A stretch of 61,095 nucleotides of DNA, from positions 10,472,589-10,533,683 of the forward strand of contig NC_057751.1 of NCBI RefSeq assembly GCF_004010195.1, given 5' to 3'. The DNA comes from Chiloscyllium plagiosum. Its lineage: Eukaryota. The first letter of the stretch is position 1, and each line of letters starts with the position of its first letter. Under the pieces are notes generated by a model. The model was given only the letters and a program-made list of their open reading frames with translations. It was not told where the DNA came from and made no database searches. The translations under genes were made by a program, and so were the position numbers. Positions 15,401 through 25,195 of this stretch are shown piece by piece.

Positions 15401-18400
15401 ATTTACAGTGTGATGAAACTGAAATTATACATTGAAAAATATCTTGATTGTCTACTGAGTCTTTCATCTGTTCGAATACCATGATAGTTTCATTTCTTTC
15501 ATGTGTAAATCACAAAATCTTTTTTTTAAAAGTTGCATTCTCAGGTTAGCTGTAACAATTGATGTCAGCTAGACAATATGTTGAAGGTGTTAAGCCACTG
15601 AGTTCTTTATTCCTCTATTTCTGATGAAGGGCTTTTGCCCGAAATGTCGATTTTCCGCTCCTTAGATGCTGCCTGACCTGCTGTGCTTTTCCAGCACCAG
15701 TCTAATCTAGACTGTGGTTTCCAGCTCCTACAGTCCTTGTTTTCACTCCCTGTATTCTCTGTCTATGCCATGATGTTTAGATTGATTCTCATCTAACAAG
15801 TGAGAGAACAGAGTTTTATGTGAATTCATGCAGTTTTTGAGCTCAGAGTTTTACATGAATCCATGCAGTTTTTGAGCAAAGTACAATGTAAATTCACCCC
15901 ACAAAATATATGTGTTCATGTGGGTCTTTGTGTCTGCCTTTGTGTTTGTCTGTCTGGGTTGGGGGTTGTGAGTGTGAGAGAGAGTGTATATGTGTGTTTA
16001 GTGAGTGTAGAGTGTCTTACGTCTGTGAGGGGGTGCATGTTTGAGTTTGTATAGTATGCGTGCGTGTCTGGGGTGGGGGGTTGTGAGTATCTGTGAGAGA
16101 GAGTGTATATGTGTGTGCATGAGTATAGAGAGAGAGAGAGAGAGTGTGTGTGTGTGTGTGGTGCAATTAGCTATTAGCCTCTGCTCGGCCACTTTTCGCT
16201 GCTGCCTGTCCCGAAGTCCACCTTGGAGAATGGTCACCCAAAGGTCCGAGGTCGAATGTCCTGGACCACTGAAGTGTTCCCCAACTGGGAGGGAACACTC
16301 ATATCTGTTGATTGTTGTGCGGTGCCCATTCATCTGTTGTCGTTACCTTTACTTGGTTTCCCCATTCCTACTCGCGCACACACACACACAGGCATCCTCT
16401 CAGAGATTTAGACCACTCTATACTCATGCACACACATATATACTCTCTTTCACATTCACAACCCCCAACCCAGACACACACACACAGACAGACAAAGACC
16501 CACATGCACACATATATTTTGTGGGGTGAATTTGGACTTGCAGAGTTATATTGTACTTTGCTCAAAAACTGTATTCATGTAAAACTCTGTTCTCTCACTT
16601 TTTAGATGAGAATCAATCTAAACATCATGGCATAGACAGAGAATACAGGGGCTAACACCTTCAACATATTGTCTAGCTGACATCAATTGTTACAGCTAAC
16701 CCGAGAATGCAACTTTTAAAAAAGGTTTTGTGATTTATACATTAAAGAAGTGAAACTATCATGGTATTCGAACAGATGAAAAACTCAACAGACAATCAAG
16801 GTATTTTTCAATGTATAATTTCAGTTTCATCACACTGTAAATTTTTGCTGTAAATTCTGTGCCTTACAATTGTGTCCTCCGCAATCACCTGATGAAGGAG
16901 CGGTGCTCCAAAAGCTCGTATGCTTCCAATTAAACCAGTTAGACTATAACCTAGTGTTGTGTGATTTTTAAAGTCATTTATTATCTTGGATGTTTTATGT
17001 AATTATGTACTTCTGAAACACATCACAATCTTTTCAGCACAACTGAGTAATTTGAGAGGCAGACTGGATGGTTGACCTGTAGCCCATCATAAACAGCAGT
17101 ACTGTCAGCTGATGGTATCAGTGAACATTACAGATTCTTTGGCTGCCTCTGAAAAACTAAGAAAACAGGGTTATCTTACAAATTGGGATTCACTGTAGGG
17201 AGCAGCATGGACAGAAACTCACTTGCGCTTTGGATGTGTGTTTTTCTCAGTGCTGTAACATATTGGTTGTGCTCTGTGTCACTGCAACAACAGCAGTCTC
17301 CTGTCCGCTACAGCAAATGTGAATTTGGTTATTGACTTTGGTTATCAGCTCCACAATCAAAGGTCCTTTGTTCAGTCTGCTTCAAAGATAACCACGTTCC
17401 CCAACGTAATTTGCAACTTGTGTCAGTCATTGTTTCTACAGCACAAGAGAGTTTCACCTGATATTCAAATCTGTTTCAAGCAAAGAAAACTTGCAAAAAT
17501 AGGGAAATGCTTTGTAGTAACGAGGTCTCTGTTCTTAAAACCTTGGATCATGAGCCTATTTCATGCTGGGGCCAGTGTACTATTTATCAGTGATAATTCT
17601 TTACAATTTAGGCAGATTGAATTGACTGATCTAATTAAACTGGTTCCTAAATACATGATGTAATCAATAAATTTTTAAAAAATCTTCACTAAGACAAGCC
17701 AACTGGATGAACATTTGTGCTGACTGAAGATTAAAGCTTCTTATTGGTTCAGTTTGAAATAGATAATCTAACATGGAAGGTTTCTGGGTTTTGGGTTTTG
17801 GGATCTGGGATTGTCAACTATGTTATATACATGGTCAGGTGCGAACAGTGAAATTAGGAACTTTTATGAGTTTTCTTGTGGCATCATGGTCACTGGTCAT
17901 TTGGATACAGAACTGGCTCAAAGGTAGAAGACAGAGGGTGGTGGTGGAGGGTTGCTTTTCAGAATGGAGGCCTGTGACCAGTGGAGTGCCACAAGGATCG
18001 GTGCTGGGTCCACAACTTTTTGTCATTTGTATAAATGATTTGGATGTGAGGATAAGAGGTATAGCTAGTAAGTTTGCAGATGACACAAAAATTGGAGGTA
18101 TAGTGGAGAGCGAAGAAGGTTACCACAGATTACAATGGGATCTTGATCAAATGGGCCAATGGGCTGAGAAGTAGCAGATGGAGTTTAATTCAAATAAATG
18201 CAAAGTGCTGCATTTTGGGAAAGCAAATGTTAGCAGGATTTGTACACTTAATGATAAGGTCCTAGGGAGTGTTGCTGACAAAGAGACCTTGGAGTGCAGG
18301 TTCATAGCTCCTTGAAAGTGGAGTCACAGGTAGATAGGATAGTATAGAAGGCGTTTGGTATGCTTTCCTTTATTGGTCAGAGTATTGAGTACAGGAGTTG

Positions 18401-21400
18401 GGAGGTCATGTTGCAGCTGTACAGGACATTGGTTAGGCCACTGTTGGAATATTGCTTGCAATTCTGATCTCCTTCCTATCGGAAAGATGTTGTGAAACTT
18501 GAAAGGGTTCAGAAAAGATTTACAAGGATGTTGCCATGGTTGGAAGATTTGAGCTATAGGGAGAGGTTGAACAGGTTGGAGCTGTTTTCCTAGGAGTGTC
18601 GGAGGCTGAGAGGTTACATACCTTTATAAATTCATGAGGGGCATGGATAGGATAAATAGACAAAGGATGGCACGATGACCTAGTGGTTAGCACTGCTGTC
18701 TCACAGCACCAGGAACCCAGGTTTGATTCCAGCCTCGGGTGACTGTCTGTGTGGAGATTGCACATTCTCTCAGTGTCTGCGTGGGTTTCCTCCAGGTGCT
18801 CAGTTTTTTTCCCACAGTCCAAAGATGTGCAGGTTTGGTTAATTAGCCATGCTAAATTGCCCATGCTGTCAGGGATGGGTAGGTTAGGTGCATTATTCAG
18901 GGGTAAATGTCGAGTAATAGGTAGGGGAATGGAGGTTCGGAGGTTCAGTGTGGACTTGTTGGGCCAAATGGCCTATTTCCACACTGTGCTGATTCTATGA
19001 TTCCCATAGTGCTGCACTGGGGTGTTTGCTGAAGCCTTCTGCAAAATGTGTTGTTGTTGTTGTTACTCTTACAAGATGGTTTTAGCTTTTTCTAGTGCAA
19101 ATAATCAGTGGACACAATTTTACACTGAATACTTACAAATTCATTCACACATGACGTTTGGTGATCTGTAATAAAATGGATAATATGTTTAATATTAAAG
19201 AATAAACTCAAATGAGCTCTTATCCAATAACAACTTTTTTTTTATCAATGAGAGATCTACTACAATCAACAGTCCGGATAAGATACACTTGAAGTCTATT
19301 GTGAACAAAAAATAACTAACTAGAGAAAGACATTTGAGCTAAGAAGTTGATCTTTGAAATGGTCTGTAGTAACACAGCTGTCCTGGCAGCCATCCACATG
19401 CAAAACCCAGCTAAACAGGGCTTTGGTTCGATATGTTTGATCATGTTAACAGCTATAGTCAGCCTCGGAATCGTCACATCAGGAAGGAGAATATGAGACA
19501 AGGGTTCCTTCATAAAATAGAGAAAGTGAGGACTGCAGAGGCTGGAGATCGGAGTTGAGAGTGTGGTGCTGGAAAAGCACAGCAGGCCAGGCGTTATCCG
19601 AGGAGCAAGAGAATGGAAGTTTATGGCAAAAGCCCTTCATCAGGAATGAGGCTTGTGAGCCGAAGGGGTGGAAAGATAAATGGGAGGTGGGAGGGGCTGG
19701 GGAGAAGGTAGCTGAGGGTGCAGTAGATAGATGGAGGTGGGGGTGATGGTTACAGGTAGGAGAGGAGGGTGGAGTGGATAAATGGGAAGGAAGATGAACA
19801 GATAGGACAGGTTACGAGGGTCATGCCAAGTTGTAAGGTTGGAACTGAGATAAGGTCGAGGGAGGGGAAATGAGGAAACTGGTGAAATCCACATTGATAC
19901 CTTGTGGTTGGAGAGTCCCAAGGCGGAAGATGAGGCGTTCTTCCTCCAGGCATCGGGTGGTTTGGATGTGGCAATGGAGAAGGCCCAGGACCTGCGTGTC
20001 CTCGGCGGAGTGGGAGGGGGAGTTGAAGTCTTCAGCCATGGGCGGTGAGGTTGGTTGGTGCGGGTGTCCTGGAGATGTTCTCTGAAGCACTGTGCAAGTA
20101 TACATCCTCTTTTCTTAATGTAGAGGAGACTGCATCGGAGCAGTAGACATAGTAAATGACGTGTGGAAGTGCAGGCAAAACTCTGATGCATGTGGAAGGC
20201 TCCTTTGGGGCCTTGGACGGAGGTGCGGGGGGAGGTATGGGCACAGGCTTTGCAATTCCTGCGGTGGCAGTGGAAGGTGCCGGTAGGGGAGGGTGGGTTG
20301 TTAAGGGGCGTGGGCCTAACAAGGTAGTCGCGGAGGGAACGGTCTTTACGGAAGGCAGATAGGGGTGGGGAGGGAAATATATCTCTGGTAGTGGGGTCCA
20401 TTTATAGGTGGTGGAAATGGTGGCGGTCTGTATGTATACGGAGGTTGGTGAGGTGGAAGGTGAGGACCAGGGGGTTTCTGTCCTTGTTGCGGTTGGAGGG
20501 GTTGGGATCGAGGGCGGAGGTGTGGGAAGTGGATGAGATGCATTGGAGGGCATCATTGACCACATGGGAAGGGAATTTGCAGTCTTTGAAGAAGGAGGCC
20601 ATCTGGTGTGTTCTGTGGTGGAACTGGTTCTCTTGGGAGCAGATGCGGCAGAGGCGGAGGGATTGGGAATAAGGGATAGCATTTTTACAGGAGGCAGAAT
20701 GGGAAGACATGTACTCCAGGTAGCGGTGGTAGTCGATGGGTTTGTAGAAGATGTCCGTATTGAATCAGTCACCATTGGTGGAGATGGACAGATCCAGGCA
20801 GGAGAGGGAAAGTGCCTTCCACATCTATCAGAGTATGAGCTGCACTTCTACACATATCATTTATTGAATCTGTTGCTCCCAATGCAGTCTCCTCTACATT
20901 GGGGAGACAGCATGCCTACTTGCAGAGTGCTTCAGAGAACATCTCCGGGACACCTATACCAACCAACCCCATCACCCCATAGCCGAACACTTCAACTCCC
21001 CGTCCCACTCCACAAAAGACATGCAGGTCCTGGGCCTCGTCCATCGCCACTCCCTACCCACCTGACGCCTGGAGGAAAAGTGCCTCATCTTCCACCTTGG
21101 GACCCTCCAACCAATTTCCTCTTTTCCCCTCTCCTACCCTTGTCCCAGTTCCAATTTTCCAACTTGGAACTGCCCTCATGACCTGTCCTACCTGTCCATT
21201 TTCCTTTCCATCTTCCTGCTCACCTATCCTCTCCACCCTCCTCTCTGACCTATCACCTTCACCCCCACCTCCATCTACCTATTGCACTCTCAGCTACCTT
21301 GCCCCCCAGCCACACCCCCCTCCCATTTATCTCTCCACCCCCTCGACTCACAAGCCTCATTCCTGATGAAGGGCTCTTGCCCAAAACGTCGATTCTTCTG

Positions 21401-24051
21401 CTCCTTGCCTGCTGCCTGACCTGCTGTACTTTTCCAGCACCACACTCTCGACTTCTTTCATAAACTACTTGTTCAACAACATTTCCCCAACACCTTGCAC
21501 AAACTCAATGTGCTTGAAATCACACCCACTCTGACTGAATATGCCTTTTGTGTTTGAGAAAGAACTTTTGTTGTGAAATAAATTAATCAACAGATCATAA
21601 AGTTTTCTGAGTAAATTGTACAAAATGTGAACTGAAAATTCACTGCCTTGCACATTACTTTCAGGATACAAGCAATCAGATATAACTTTTCAGAAGATTG
21701 TCAAACTCTGGCGAACCTGTATCAATATGTTTTCAGTCAAAACTTGTGGCAGGAAATTAGGAGTATGACTGAGGCTTGAAGCAAGAAGGCAATCTGCCTA
21801 ATTTCATGTTCTATAAGCTCAATTCAGAGGGAATTTTCTTCCAGTCTCTCATCAACTAACTGAAAGGTCACAAAATCAGAGTGATACACCACAGAAGGAA
21901 TCTATTCCGCTTGTGGTGCTCTTGCCAGGCCCTGAAAGCGCTATTCAGTTATTCTCGCTTCCTGTGCTGTTTTCAATAACTCAGCATTTTTTCCATTACC
22001 TAATTCTCTTTTGAAAATTGCAATTGAATTTAATTCCAGCACATTTTTAGGTCAGAACTTGCTGTCTGAAGAAGTGCTTCCTCATTGTCACCTCTAAATT
22101 GATTTTGAATTAACTCTGTGTTTTCAGGTTACTCACTCTGCTGTCACTTAAAACAGATTCTTCTTTTCATTCTGTCAAAAGTCTTCTAACACTTGCATTG
22201 TACCCCTAGAGAAATGGTGGACATGGCTGCTTTTGGTTATTTATTCTGTTTGTCATGAAGATTAGGTGTGCCAACAATCTCTCTCCACTGAAATAGCTGA
22301 AGGAAATTACAGGCAGCAATGTGTGCAGAGAGCTAAGATAATTCTACCACGAAGAAAATTATCTGCACATGTGCAAAAATGCAGTTATGTTTGTTTTGAT
22401 TCACTTTAAATTCTCTGTATTGCATAACAACCAAGCTGATCAACTGTTAACTTGTCATTGGCAGAACCTTTGAATGGACTAGTTGGATTCAAGGCCTTTC
22501 CTCGATCTTCCAGTTTGGAGTCTCAGGCAGGGAATACCAAGGCCAACAAGAAGCACTTGTTCCAAATTAAATGCAAAGGATCACAGACACTTGACATCAC
22601 TATTTTCAGGTCAACTCATTCCACATCAGTATAGATGGGTTTGCTTTTGTTTTCCTCATTCATACTGTCATAAAGACCTGAATACAAATTTCCTGAATAC
22701 TTGTACCATCTCTTTGTCATCAAATAAAAGTGAATCATCAGAGAAGAATATCTCTTTTCACTTACTGGGTTTGTTGGGTCGGGCCGGCAGTGGAGGTGGG
22801 ACGCTGGACCTGCGTGGAAGAAGAGAATACTTGCTGACAAAGTTATTTGTCAAGGTGAAACACTCTTCCAAAGTGTGATGATTCAAAATTACTGAAACAG
22901 GAAAGCATCTCTGCTTCTCCAATATGAACATTCATACATCTGTTGGTTATGTACATATTTTAATGTATGCAAGAAGAAAACACATAATATTTAATATATA
23001 ATACCAGCAATCAAATATAATTTTGCAGAAGATTGATAGAAACTCTGGCTAACCTGTATAAACAAGGTTTCAATAAAAAATTATGTTAGGAAATCAGGAG
23101 AATATCTGAGGCTTGAAGCAAAAGGACAGTCTACCAAATCTGTATGTCAGAATATCATTTAGGAATCATCAAACCACTGGACTGTTTGCCTGATGCAGAG
23201 TCCATATTATCTCCCCCTCTTTGGACACACTACACTCAGAGAAGGTATGTTCAAGTTGCCTGCTCAGATTGCCAAGTCTATCAGTTCAAGTTGTCTTGGT
23301 TCTTAAATTTTCATCACCAGCAGTATCAGAGCTTAACATATGAATCTGAGTCTTTGACTGCCCTCTTTGTATTTCGAGCATGATTAGATTTACTGCAGTT
23401 TCAGACCAACATGTTTAATGTTGAAAGTAATTTTGGCCTGAATTGAATCAAATGGAAATTAAAATTACAGGAGATGTATTATCAGCTGTTGATCCAGTTT
23501 TGTTCAATTTACACTGTCGGCTAAAGTCAAACGTTCCTTGCTCCGTGCTCATTGGCATAGTATCTTGAAGTTGAGGTGATTTGATTGACCACCTACCTAC
23601 AGGTTGCATTTTGCCAAATTGCTGCACCTTCAAATCGGTATTTTCCTGAGGCAGCACCTTCAAAACTTGTGAATCTGCCACCAGGAAGAACAAAAGCAGC
23701 AGATGCAAGGAAGCATCATGACTTGAAAACTTTCCTCCAAACCACATAACATCCCAACTTGAAACTATATCGCCATTCCTTCACCATCAAAAGTCACTAT
23801 TGTGGGATCAAATTCCGTGAACTCGTTTCCTAACAGAATTGTGGGTACACCTATACAACATGGACTGCACTGGTTTAAGAAGGCAGTTCAGGTTAAGGCT
23901 GGACAATATATGCTGGCCTCACCAGCATCAGCTTCATCCTATGAACGAAAAGTTATTATACCAGTAGCTTTCCAATGATAAAAAGCAAAGATTCATATCA
24001 TGAGAAACATTATACTCACATATTTTTTGAATTCCAAGGTTTCGGGAAATT
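437..24051 (-). CDS. SH2D6: SLP-76/BLNK-family adaptor, SH2D6-like, N-terminal Pro/Tyr-rich part (10 exons, 594 nt); SH2 domain expected left of the window
   Basis: Exons of 32+44+41+100+68+73+83+43+79+31 nt join with no stop: NFPKPWNSKNMSSVPPPLPARPNKPTFYPRETEHCDEDGDSGSENEETYEPPPSERPLRAVTTIEPTNNYYIERQTKPSASSPKPGMRQPVYLPKVQNMKSESDPARMHDLCVAHTTHKGPAMNKPVEDIPPVLPPRTHRQTQLDLEDITDGEYLEFDCKESNGNKSLPEPRLQPSIPPRGANLPTSVTKPPVPLGKP. Acidic-YEPPP...YI and PPxxPxR motifs are typical of the family. The paralog assignment is an inference. Confidence 0.7.
590..885 (+). mobile_element. Old Deu-domain SINE (SacSINE1/AmnSINE-like) relic
   Basis: Degenerate 'gaggtgaacataaaagatccc...gtcctgggcaatattt...cattgctg...ctacactt...ggctataaagcacttt' matches the Deu-SINE body and tail as recalled. 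Confidence 0.55.
923..1001 (-). CDS. SH2D6-like exon: (S)NGNKSLPEPRLQPSIPPRGANLPTS(V)
   Basis: ctttcttcacag/gtacgt; 79 nt, phase 1/2; PSIPPR motif; inside ORF 844..1059. Confidence 0.78.
1834..3275. repeat. 721-bp tandem duplication (1834-2554 and 2555-3275)
   Basis: Two head-to-tail copies with about 4 substitutions by eye; made of old CR1 3' fragments. Confidence 0.95.
3303..3440 (+). mobile_element. tRNA-derived SINE, 5' half (3' half at about 6199-6392, split by a CR1 insertion)
   Basis: tggctcagtggttagcactgct A-box, ttcgattcc B-box; body ends ...cccacagtccaaaga and resumes after the LINE. Confidence 0.75.
3441..6198 (-). mobile_element. CR1-type LINE, 5'-truncated, degenerate ORF2 (endonuclease end, RT, 3' tail)
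   Basis: ORFs 4259..4645 (VYLDFQK.F.KVPH...GVPQGSVL...KFADDTK), 3690..4070 (RPHLEYC) and 5224..5463. Confidence 0.92.
6641..6683 (-). CDS. SH2D6-like exon: DITDGEYLEFDCKE(S)
   Basis: attctgcatag/gtaagt; 43 nt, phase 0/1; acidic Tyr motif (YLE). Confidence 0.82.
6772..6854 (-). CDS. SH2D6-like exon: (G)PAMNKPVEDIPPVLPPRTHRQTQLDLE
   Basis: gttctcttag/gtacac; 83 nt, phase 1/0; PPVLPPR SH3-ligand-type motif. Confidence 0.82.
7440..8190 (+). mobile_element. Old CR1 LINE 3' fragment
   Basis: Degenerate ORF2 C-terminal sequence and the tail ...gagggctgaatggcctactcctgctcc. Confidence 0.75.
8410..8756 (-). mobile_element. tRNA-derived SINE with triplicated 5' end
   Basis: Reverse complement of ggcacggtggctcagtgg...ggttcaattcc...cccacagtccaaagatgtgcagg; tail of tctaa repeats. 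Confidence 0.88.
9183..9255 (-). CDS. SH2D6-like exon: VQNMKSESDPARMHDLCVAHTTHK(G)
   Basis: ttcttgtgcag/gtcatt (weaker donor); 73 nt, phase 0/1 as needed to link the neighbours; the other two frames are closed. Confidence 0.62.
9430..9870 (+). mobile_element. Old CR1 LINE 3' fragment
   Basis: Degenerate gagaatactgtgaatagttttggtc...aggggtgacctt... ORF2 C-terminal region. Confidence 0.6.
11046..11113 (-). CDS. SH2D6-like exon: (E)RQTKPSASSPKPGMRQPVYLPK
   Basis: ttattgtttcag/gtatgt; 68 nt, phase 1/0. Confidence 0.8.
11928..12270 (-). mobile_element. CR1 LINE 3' end fragment
   Basis: CR1 tail (tagaacat...cagcacggga...tttggcccat) and an LDKHMN-type C-terminus. Confidence 0.7.
12654..12753 (-). 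CDS. SH2D6-like exon: DSGSENEETYEPPPSERPLRAVTTIEPTNNYYI(E)
   Basis: cttcattgcag/gtaaag; 100 nt; resembles BLNK DDSYEPPP...GEYID. Confidence 0.9.
13310..13350 (-). CDS. SH2D6-like exon: (T)FYPRETEHCDEDG
   Basis: cacttccag/gtcagt; 41 nt, phase 1/0, exactly bridges the flanking exons. Confidence 0.78.
15607..15747 (+). mobile_element. Short Penelope family-A 3' terminus nested in the family-B element
   Basis: Absent from the opposite arm of the host; carries ctgatgaagggcttttgcccgaaatgtc and gatgctgcctgacctgctgtgcttttccagc. Confidence 0.8.
15621..15648 (+). ncRNA. Minimal hammerhead ribozyme motif
   Basis: CTGATGA-A-GGGC-TTTT-GCCC-GAAA-T-GTC: conserved core, stem II and a GUC site. Confidence 0.65.
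17894..18663 (+). mobile_element. CR1 LINE RT fragment
   Basis: ORF 17773..18174: WIQNWL..RRQRVVV...[12 protein letters not shown]...INDLD...KFADDTKI. Confidence 0.92.
18667..19000 (+). mobile_element. tRNA-derived SINE
   Basis: ggcacgatgacctagtggttagcactgct...gtttgattcc...cccacagtccaaagatgtgcagg, CR1-like tail. Confidence 0.85.
19520..21452 (-). mobile_element. Penelope-like element (family A): RT C-terminus and GIY-YIG endonuclease remnant with an inverted partial copy
   Basis: Minus-strand SSH..SCKNAIPYSQ.LRL.RICS and GTF.CHRRNCK.CAH...FREH. Inversion point about 20810; 20811-21452 is the reverse complement of about 19553-20190. Degenerate TSD ttccttcataaaata (19505) / ttctttcataaacta (21453). 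Confidence 0.92.
21671..23140. repeat. Diverged direct repeat of about 135 bp (21671-21805 and 23006-23140)
   Basis: agcaatca.atataa.ttt.cagaagattg...aaactctggc.aacctgtat...aggaaat.aggag...ctgaggcttgaagcaa occurs twice. Confidence 0.85.
22766..22809 (-). CDS. SH2D6-like exon: (M)SSVPPPLPARPNKP(T)
   Basis: cttcttccacgcag/gtaagt; 44 nt, phase 2/1; GC-rich patch in AT-rich intron; PPxxPxR motif. Confidence 0.85.
24020..24051 (-). CDS. SH2D6-like exon: NFPKPWNSKN(M); could be partly 5' UTR if the split AT|G is the start codon
   Basis: Strong polypyrimidine acceptor tttctctcctcttctcag, donor gtgagt; 32 nt, phase 0/2. Confidence 0.7.
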
Positions 24052-25127
24052 CTGAGAAGAGGAGAGAAATAATTAGGTTTGTAGTGTCATCACAATACAG
24101 AAGGAGATCATTTAGACAATTGATTTAATGACAGCTCAATGTGGAACAATCCACTCACTTTATTTTCAGAGATGTGTAAGTCTATTTCTGTCAAGTCTCC
24201 ATCATTTGCTTTTGAAATCATTCATCATCTCTGCTTCCAGCACTGTCATGGGCAATGAGTTCCAGTCAATGAGCATGCACTGAATAAATACTTCTTTCCT
24301 TACGTTTCTGCCCTTGCCCAAAACTTTCAACCTGTCCTTCAATCCTTTGTCATCAGCTTATGGTAACAACTTTTTACAGCTGATCAAACCCATCACCACT
24401 TCTATTAAATCTTCTCTCCACTTACTCACTTCCAAAGATCAGGACCTGAGCTTCTACACTTCACCTTTTATCTAAAACCACTCACCCTTGGAACCATTCT
24501 GGTCAAACACCTCTGCACACTTTCGAAGATCAGCATTCCCTCTAATTTTCTTATTGGCTGCACAGGCCTCCCGAAGCCTATGTGGGGGTGGTGACTTCCA
24601 GAATCATAGCTTCGAGGAAAGATTGATGGTGACAAGAATGAGATGCAATATTCCAGAGCTTTATATCTGTCCAGCATAACCCTGCTTTTGTGCTCAACAC
24701 TTTGATTTCTGAAATGCAAGTTCCCATATGCTTTTCTCACTGCTGTCTCAGTATGGCCTGCTATTGTCCAAGATCAATGCAAAAAATTGTCCCCTCCAGT
24801 TCCTGTAGACCCTTCTCACCCTGCAAGTCTATGCCTGTTTTTCCTATTCATTTCGCCAAAATGTATCACCTTATTCATCTCTGTATTAAATTGCATCTTC
24901 TACACATCCACCTGTTCTGGTCGCCAATCTATTCTCAGTGGTTAGCACTGCTGCCTCACAGTGCCAGGGACCCGGGTTCGATTCCCACCTCGGCGACGGT
25001 CTGTGTGGAGTTTGCACATTCTCCCCGTAGGAGAAAGTGAGGACTGCAGATGCTGGAGATCAGAGCTTAAAAATGTGTTGCTGGAAAAGCGCAGCAGGTC
25101 AGGCAGCATCCAAGGAGAAGGAGAATC

Positions 25128-25155
25128 GACGTTTCGGGCAGAAGCCCTTCTTCAG
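25128..25155 (-). ncRNA. Minimal hammerhead ribozyme motif
   Basis: Minus strand CTGAAGA-A-GGGC-TTCT-GCCC-GAAAC-GTC. Confidence 0.7.
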
Positions 25156-25167
25156 GAAATCCATTTC

Positions 25168-25195
25168 CTGAAGAAGGGTTTATGCCCGAAACGTC
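25168..25195 (+). ncRNA. Minimal hammerhead ribozyme motif
   Basis: CTGAAGA-A-GGGT-TTAT-GCCC-GAAAC-GTC. Confidence 0.7.

Larger units (their letters stand above)
15237..16969. mobile_element. Penelope-like element (family B) in fold-back form with a GIY-YIG remnant
   Basis: Inverted arms about 15272-16000 and 16430-16971. Minus-strand MNGHR...LPVGEHFSGPGHS..DLWVTILQGG...RKVAEQRLIA at about 16165-16345. Flanked by aaagtcattta (15222 and 16970). Confidence 0.88.

Noticed and set aside
15900..16520. CA/GT-rich ORFs (THTH/VCVC)
   Set aside because: Microsatellite-like sequence inside Penelope arms.
19640..21366. Cluster of overlapping ORFs up to 253 aa
   Set aside because: Frameshifted Penelope RT/GIY-YIG remnants and their antisense frames, not an intact gene.
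24936..24990. tRNA gene
   Set aside because: The A/B boxes belong to a SINE head; there is no cloverleaf and it continues into the SINE body.
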